NCBI RefSeq assembly: GCF_009914755.1
Contig: NC_060936.1
Length of the DNA stretch: 64,000 nt
Source: the human T2T-CHM13v2.0 reference genome, Homo sapiens
Direction: 5' to 3' (one strand)
Shown here: in pieces, positions 56,279 to 64,000 of the stretch
Numbering within the stretch: the first letter of the stretch is position 1
Layout: every line of letters starts with the position of its first letter
Program-made: the position numbers and the translations under genes
The notes under the pieces: generated by a model
What the model saw: the letters and a program-made list of their open reading frames with translations, nothing else
Database searches by the model: none
What the model was told of the DNA's origin: nothing

Positions 56279-57254
56279 TCATTTGCTCTCTACACCAACC
56301 TGCAATTTACGTTTGAACCCCTGGAGTGGCAGCATAATCTTTATCAGACTTCCCTCCCTCCAGGTCAGGACCCCTTCCCTTCTCCAGGTACCCGCTTCCT
56401 ACTCCCCACATGCCACCTCGGCTTCCCCACCTCTCCCTTGCCCCTGTGTCCCACCCACTCCTGTACAGAATTCTGCTATCTTAATCTCTTTCTTTGGAAA
56501 CTCCTGTCATTTGTAATTATCCCCCATTTCCTTCCTCTACCTCAGCCTTTTTTTCCCAGGCCACCTTCGCCTTCTCAGCTTTCTTTTCAAAGATGCTGCA
56601 TTTTTTTTCCTCCTTATTTGGACCAACATGACCTGACAGGGTGGCTGAAACGGCATACTGGGGATAGAAATATGTGCCAGTTCCCTCCATAGGTTTTTGT
56701 GTTTTTTTGAATGGGGCATTTGCAATCAATTTATGGAGTTTAGCTGAAAGGTTAAGGAGTTTTCACTTAAAAATCAACCTCCCCAAAGGAAAATATTTGG
56801 TACATCTTTTCTTTCATTGTAATTGAGGTCTCCACATGCGCCTATGCTTAGGATCTATTCTGGAAAAGGCTCCCAGAGAAAAACCTGTCTAGTCCATTCA
56901 ACTTCTACTCCAGTCTTATGAAAATGGATTTCATAAACAGTAGAGAACATATTTGTCCTTTTATCTTCTTCAGGATTATCTCTCAGAGAAGTGATGTCAA
57001 AAGGAGGTGCTTCTAATGATGCCAAAGGTGGGGATGAGACTAAGCGCGTCAGTTCAAGGGTCCACGTGTATTTGAGTGCATCCAGGAGAGGTCTCTATGG
57101 ACATAAATGTCTATGGAACAAAACAAGACAAAGCAACCTTGAATTATTAGCTGAGACCTAACTCCAAACCGTCCTGCAAACTACAGCACATCCAGGCTCT
57201 ATCTCACGGAGATTTCCTTTTCTTAAGCTAAGTGGCCCTGAAGGAGTCTGGGGA

Positions 57255-57718
57255 GGATGCTGGTGACATCCCCACCCAGACCCTGTTACTGGGCCGGTGC
57301 CCCCACACTCCTGCTGCTCTGAGTGGGGCCTACTAAAAACTCACAGCTCCTGCCTTCTCTAGAGATTTCACCCACAGGACTTCTTCAGCAATAGGAGACA
57401 CTTCACTGGAAACATACATGCCCCTCACAACTGTCCCCTGCAGCCTGCATCCAATGACTAACCAATAGGAGATATGAGAGGACACCCCTTGTTTCAAAGT
57501 CAGACCAACTTTGCCATGTCATATAAGCCATGCAAACCAGACCATACAAGCCATGCCCCGGAGCTCCCTGTGGGATAAGGCTTAAGCTGGATCCCAGCTG
57601 GGACCACATTTTGGCCTAGTTCCTCCCTTTCCTGTCCTGCTTTCCTCACTTCCACAATAAATCATGCATACCCACATCCTTGTCTCAGGCTCTGCATTCA
57701 GGGAACCAGATCTAAACC
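57255..57718 (+). mobile_element. LTR16C-like ERVL LTR
   Basis: gagctccctgtgggataaggct...gaccacattttggcctag...aataaatcatgca...tctcaggctctgcattcagggaacc. Confidence 0.65.
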
Positions 57719-58630
57719 GGACTCCAATGCCAAGTCAGCCAAGGGATCTGCCCATCAATGTCCAGACCTCAGTCTCAGGTCTTGCCACTGCAGGGTGAGG
57801 AAAGATCCCATGCACTGAGAGAAGCAGGAGAGACTACAGCAGCAGACGCTTGCCACAGTGCTGTTCTATACTACTTGATCCAGATTTGCTGGAGCTCCTC
57901 TGGTGGAGAGAGTCACAGGCTTGTGCCTCTTGGCAGGCTCAAGAAAAAAAGTATATCAAAATGGGATGGAGAGTGTCAAACAGAAAGAAAGATGACCTTC
58001 TCTGATGGAGCTGGGCTCCAGGTTCATAAGAAAACCAATAGCCCAGAGATGCAGGAGAGCATGTCTTTAGGCCCCAGCAACTATGGAAGCAAGAGAGTTG
58101 AAGAGACATGCATTATTTATTCCTGGCCTTTTAGACATGCCCAGTGAATGCTCCATCTCATCTATCATAAGCGTTTCTCCCCTTTGTGGGTGGAATAGGG
58201 TGGATGAGAAGGGATTGAGTGCAGTCTTGGTAGGGAATGGATAGAGAAAAGGAGAAGTGAAGTGGTGCTCTCCTCCCAGAGGCCACCTTTACTCTACCTC
58301 TCACTTCTTGGCTATCAAATTCTTCCTACCCCTCCTCTCTGGGAAGTCTTAGCCCACAGTTGTCTTTTGCTTCTATCAGCTTCTCTTCCACTTTCCTGCC
58401 TGACCCAACTCCTTGTCATTCATTCAACAAATATTTCCTAAATGCCCACTGGTCTCTCCTGCTTCTCTCAGCACGTGGGACTTTTTTTCTCACCCTGAAT
58501 TGGCACGACCTGAGATTGAGGTCTGGACATTGATGGGGCAGATCCCTTGGCTGACTTGGCATTGGAGTCTGGTTTAGATCTGGTTGCCTGGATGCAGAGC
58601 CTGAGACAAGGATTTGGGTATGCATGATTT
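57659..58630. repeat. Inverted repeat: arms 57659-57834 and 58452-58630, 617-bp spacer
   Basis: Manual alignment gives about 16 differences in ~179 columns (~91% identity). Confidence 0.93.
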
Positions 58631-60829
58631 TTAGGGGTTGGGTACTTTTCCGGACATTGGGGATTTATTAGCAAATAGCTGCCATTTGTTCCCAATGGGG
58701 AAAGACACAATAAACATACAAACAGCTAAATTGGGCACATTAGGCTAGTGATAGGTGATATGAAGAAAATAAAACAAGAGAATCATGTACTTATCATGCT
58801 AGTGTTTGTTTCTGTGAGTCTCATCTGCCCTGTGAAGTTGCAAGTGCTTCGTGGGCAGAGATCTCCACTAATACTTCTTTGCTTCTTCCAAGGAGCCTGG
58901 TCCAGAGCCTTATCTAAGCATCATAAGAAATCAACACAAACTTCATGATTTCTGGACAGCAATTACACTCAGGATTTTCAACTCTGGACCAGCCTCAGGT
59001 TTCACTCCTTTTGCCCTTGGACTTCACCCATTGTGTGCTTTGTGTGCAGTGGTGTGAATGCGGTCTCCCAGGGCCTGCGTTTGAGCTGGCTGCTGCTTGC
59101 TGGTGTGTGACCTACGCTGAGTCTCGACTTTCATAGTCTCACCTCCCTTCCGGGAAAGGCAAGGAAGGTGAGAATGCCCACTCCAAAGGGTTGTGGAGGA
59201 CAGAATGGGATGATCCATCTTCTATGACAAGAGGGTGATGGACTAAGTACTGATTAGTGAGAAAGCCAGGATCAGCCTCAGGGGATCCACAAGGCGCATT
59301 GGACCCATGGCCCTGGCCACCTGGTCAGCTTCAAGGGAGTCTTGGCCACTGGTTTTGGTCTTGATCAAGGTCCTGAGCATAGGCCTTTAGGAGACAGCAG
59401 AGGATGTGGGAGAAAGGTTCTCTCCAGCCTTCCTACTGCCACAGATCAGGATTCATCTTTTCTCTCCTCAAACTGATACCTTCCCAATGTCCGCATTTCT
59501 CTCCCTACTTAGGCTTGAAACCCCAGGTTTGCCTTTGCTTTTCCTTTTTCTTATCCTATTCCTCTACTCAGAAGCCAGGTCTCCCAGGTCCTGTGTTTTG
59601 TTTTCTCCAACTCCCATCATTTTCTTTCCTTTACTCCTGCCCCGCTTCCAGTTCTAGGTCCTTACTTTGCATTTTGGGGTGGTTGGTGTAACTTCCTCAT
59701 CGGTATCTCTGACTCCTGCTTCTCCTCTTCACACTCCATCTGGCATACTCAGAGATCCAGCTGAAAAATAGAAGGACTCTAGGAGAAAATAGTGCGGACC
59801 CCTTTTGCTGGCATTTTGAGCTCTCTGCTACTGGCCCTCTCTACCTTCGTAGCTTCCATCTGCCAGGCAGCAGCCAGCTTGTCCACTCACTGCTCCCTGA
59901 ACGTATCTGGTGTCTCCCTGCCTCTGAGCTTTTGCTCATGCTGTTCCTGCTGTTGAGGATGCTGGATTTGCCCTGCTCTTCAACACCCAGTTAAGAGGTA
60001 GTCCCTGATGCCACAATCAGCTGGGAACTCGATATCACCTCTGCAATTTGTACCCCTGATCTTACACCTTTTGCATGATACTTACATTCAGATTGATACT
60101 CTAGGAGTTCTTGATTTTTTTTGTGATATTACTGAGGGAGCTTTACTTTTTTAGACCCTGACATGAGAATGTCAGCCATGTTTGTCGAGAATGTGAGTTC
60201 TCTCCAGCAGCAGATGCTGAGTCCGGTAGAGCTGAGATGAGGACACCTGACACAACCCAAGTGGGTGTCTGTGGTTGCACTTGAGTGGCAGGGGATGGAG
60301 GAGCAACCAGGGAGATGGCAAAATATGATGTGTCCCGCTTAATGTTCCTTCTTCCTGGGATTCTCCAAATCTTCAGTAAAGATAAAATTCTTGAAGCAAG
60401 AAGAATTTCTGTAGAACCAGAGAAAGCATTGACTCATGGGTCGGTGGCATCCCAGGTGACCTAGGAGTGGGTGGGCCAAAGAAACATGAAGAGCCCACCT
60501 GTCAGCTGCCTGCAGGGACTGTGGAGATGCCTTGGTTCCCATGAAAGGTGACGAGTGTAGTTTCTGATGAGTTCAATGCCATTTCTTTTGCAGAGTGGCT
60601 TGGGGGAACCCAGATGGCATCTGGGATAGATTTCTCATCCTGTCTGAGAGATTCTTGGGGAAGAATGCTAAAATCCTTCCTTTTAGTTCCTCTGGTTCGA
60701 TGCCTAGCACAGCAATTGTTGATTTAAATAGAGATACTGAGGCAGGTGGTGATTTCTTTGCAGGGGAGTACGTGCTACCAGACAGTTTGTTTCTCCTACT
60801 TAGTATTACATAACGTGCTCTTTCTCCCA

Positions 60830-61010
60830 TTTTTATATATGATCCTCACAGTGAGCATGGATGAGAGACTTTGTATACAGAGAAAGAAAATGGGACTCAC
60901 AGAGGGTGAATGACTTCCTGAAGATCGCACAGTTAGAAAGTGGCAGAGCTGGGACTTAAATCCAGAGTTCCTGGCTGCAAATCTAGTGCTTGGTCAGTCT
61001 TCCATACCAG
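60830..61010 (-). mobile_element. MIR
   Basis: cacagagggtgaatgacttcctgaagatcgcacagttagaaagtggcagagctgggactt. Confidence 0.7.
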
Positions 61011-62929
61011 GCAGACTCCTGAGTTCTTATACATCAAGTAAGGCTGAACTGGGAGAATCTGGGAAGCTGGATTGCAGTGCCCTCTCTATTAACTCCCAAA
61101 GGAAAATGATATAATTTGAGAGTATGAGCTGATGCTAGGACTCTCTCTTCTTTCTTACATTATCTTCATGGAACATTTTGGTCATGTACAGATACGAAAG
61201 AGTCCCCAGAATGTCTTCCAAAGGAATTTCAGGACCCTAAAGCCTGGAAGCATCAGAAAACATTAGTCATCTGGATCACTGAACCAGAGCACTGCTTTGA
61301 AATGTAAAGGATTCCTGCATGGATGTCCACTCCACCCAGAAGACCGTCATTGTTGCTGGTAGGGTGTAATCTACAATTTGTGGCCTTCACCATTGTGTCA
61401 TGCATTGATTCCTACATCAAGAGCCACGTGGGGTACATGTCATTTTCCTTCTCTTTACAAATGAGAAAATGAGGCTCAGATTAAATTACTTGCCCACGTT
61501 CATGCAGCTAGTAATGGAGAGATGTGGAATACAAAGCCATATTATTTCTTAATTCAAATGCTGTGTTCTCAGCCACGATGCTATCATGCCTGCAAGTAGA
61601 CATTTGCTGATTGAATGGAGTTGAATCACACTACAGGAGTGAGTGTGGATAAGAGCCAAGTGTCTAGTACAGACAGAAATGTGCAGGAGTAGAGAGAAGG
61701 GTGGATTGCCGGGAGAAAGTGTGGCACTGCCATCAGACTGTAGGTGGCCTCGCCATTGGGTCAAGCAAGTATTTGGTGCTGGGGAGTATGGAGGGGGCAC
61801 ACGGGCCTTCTCAGGCAGCCCAAGAAGGACGAGGCCTTATAGGAAAACTGACTTAAGATGAACCCTGCCAGAAAGGGCCACTCCGTCACCAGCCTTGTCT
61901 GAGGTCATATTTCAAAGACTGGCTCAGGGCCACTGGCTGGGGTGCAGGGCTGTGAGATCATGGCTGAGCAATCTGACTTTTAAAAAATATAAGGACCAAC
62001 TTGGGAGTTTTATCGCAGTTCTGCGTTCTGCCGCCCAGGCATGAAGTCAGCTGGCCTGCTTGTGACAGGGAGCATTTCACTTGTAATTAGCTGGTTTTTT
62101 TTTTTTTTTTTTTTTTAATATTCTGCCTAAACTGCGGTGTGGTGTGAGTGAGCCCGCTCCCTTGGAGCTGCCCCACAGCGGTAGCGGAGGTGAGTCATGG
62201 CCATAAAATCTGGAAAGCTCGTAGGGGGATGGAGGGCGGTGGAGAAATATAAATTATTGTGATCGTCTTTCAGGAGCGCTCGAGTTAATTATTGTACTTT
62301 CGCCAGCTGCGTTGTGCCTTCATCAATGCCGAGCCAGAAGTGATGGTTTTAGTGGGGAAAGAGTCGTTCTTTAATGGGGCAGAGGCCCACGAAGCCCTGT
62401 GTTCTTTTGAGGGAGGTTGGGTGCATGAAATTCCCAGCACCAGCTGGAACCTGTGCGGATTTGCTCTGAGACACTTGGGTGTGAGCAGCGTCACGTTTTC
62501 TTTATTTTTCTAAAACAAATAAATCTGGCTTCGTTCTCCACCTGCCAGGGCTGGCAGGCAACCCATTCTTAGTTATGTCTTTTTTGATGGGGCAGGGGGG
62601 GCAGTGAGGGGTTCTTTCTTTCTTTTTTGGGGGCATAAGGAAGCCCTGGGAATTAGGTAATTCAGCAAGACCTAAAGGCACCTTCCTGGCCTTGGGTCCA
62701 CTATGAAGAAATAATTGCTCATTGCCTGCAAAGTACCATTTTGAAGGGGCTCCTCATCTTCCTCTATCCCAACCCTGGGCCAGGGGGTCTGGGAAGAGGC
62801 TCCCACAGCTTGTGACCTTGTGTTATCCCTAGGCCCAAGCTTCATTATCCACTATCTGGTGCCGTAGGTCTCCACTATCAGAGACTTTTAAACCACGGTT
62901 TCTTCCCCAATCTCAAGGAAAACACATAA

Positions 62930-63436
<507 letters not shown>

Positions 63437-63504
63437 TGACTTTTTAATTCTTTATATCTCCTCTGGCAAGAAGAGGTCGAACCACTTCTCCATAAGTTTA
63501 TCAT

Positions 63505-63650
63505 CACTCCAGCTGCGTGACCTTGAGCAAATTACTGACACACTCTGAGGCTCAGTTTCTCACTGGAATATTTTAAGGATTAAGTGATATGTCCCATGTC
63601 AGGCACTTAGCATGGAGCCCGACCTGGAGTTGGCTCTCAAAACATGGCTA
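63505..63650 (+). mobile_element. MIR
   Basis: agctgcgtgaccttgagcaaattact...ctcagtttctca...aggattaagtga. Confidence 0.65.
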
Positions 63651-64000
63651 TTTGTGGAGGACTGTGAGCTCTGTGAAGTTGCCTATAGCTTCTCCACCCT
63701 TGAGGACAGGGGCTGTAGTTTGCTTATCTCTGTATCCTCAGCAACTGGGCACCCAGTAGGCATCCAAAAATACTTGGTTAACTGGATAGTTGTAAAAGGC
63801 GGAGATTTCAGAGAGGCTGAGAAGACCAAGCTTCCTTTACCAGCCCAGGCCAACTGGCCTTCACGTTGCATGTCCATAGTAGACCCATGCATGCATCTTG
63901 GGCATGTGCAGTGTGTGACTCAGTGGTGTCAAGATGTAACCAGGAGGACTGCAGATTTGGTATTGCTCACTCTGGATACCAAAATCTTGACTATAATAGA

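Noticed and set aside
55865-56692. 275-aa ORF
   Set aside because: Antisense Alu translation plus pyrimidine-rich sequence; non-ATG start; no domain
60765-60820. Two ACGTG hypoxia-response-like motifs
   Set aside because: 5-6 bp motifs with no supporting context

Overview
Primate (human-like) repeat-rich genomic DNA with no intact protein-coding gene, RNA gene or CRISPR array that I can support. It is dominated by transposable elements: an LTR12 solo LTR, a full-length THE1D-type MaLR provirus, several THE1/MST/MLT/LTR16 LTRs, Alus, old L1/L2/MIR and DNA-transposon fossils. The most notable structure is a ~7.25-kb retrotransposition product (12345-19590, minus strand) bounded by a 15-bp target-site duplication inside an MLT2 LTR. 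It consists of a full-length L1PA3/L1PA4-type LINE-1 plus a ~1.1-kb 3' transduction. The transduction carries an orphan 120-nt axonemal dynein heavy-chain exon (best recalled match DNAH11) with its splice sites and flanking intron. Other unexplained structure includes a ~176-bp inverted duplication at 57659-58630, several template-switch-like scars and hairpins, and a few candidate regulatory elements. Repeat subfamily names come from recalled consensus sequences, not from a database run, and old-repeat boundaries are approximate.
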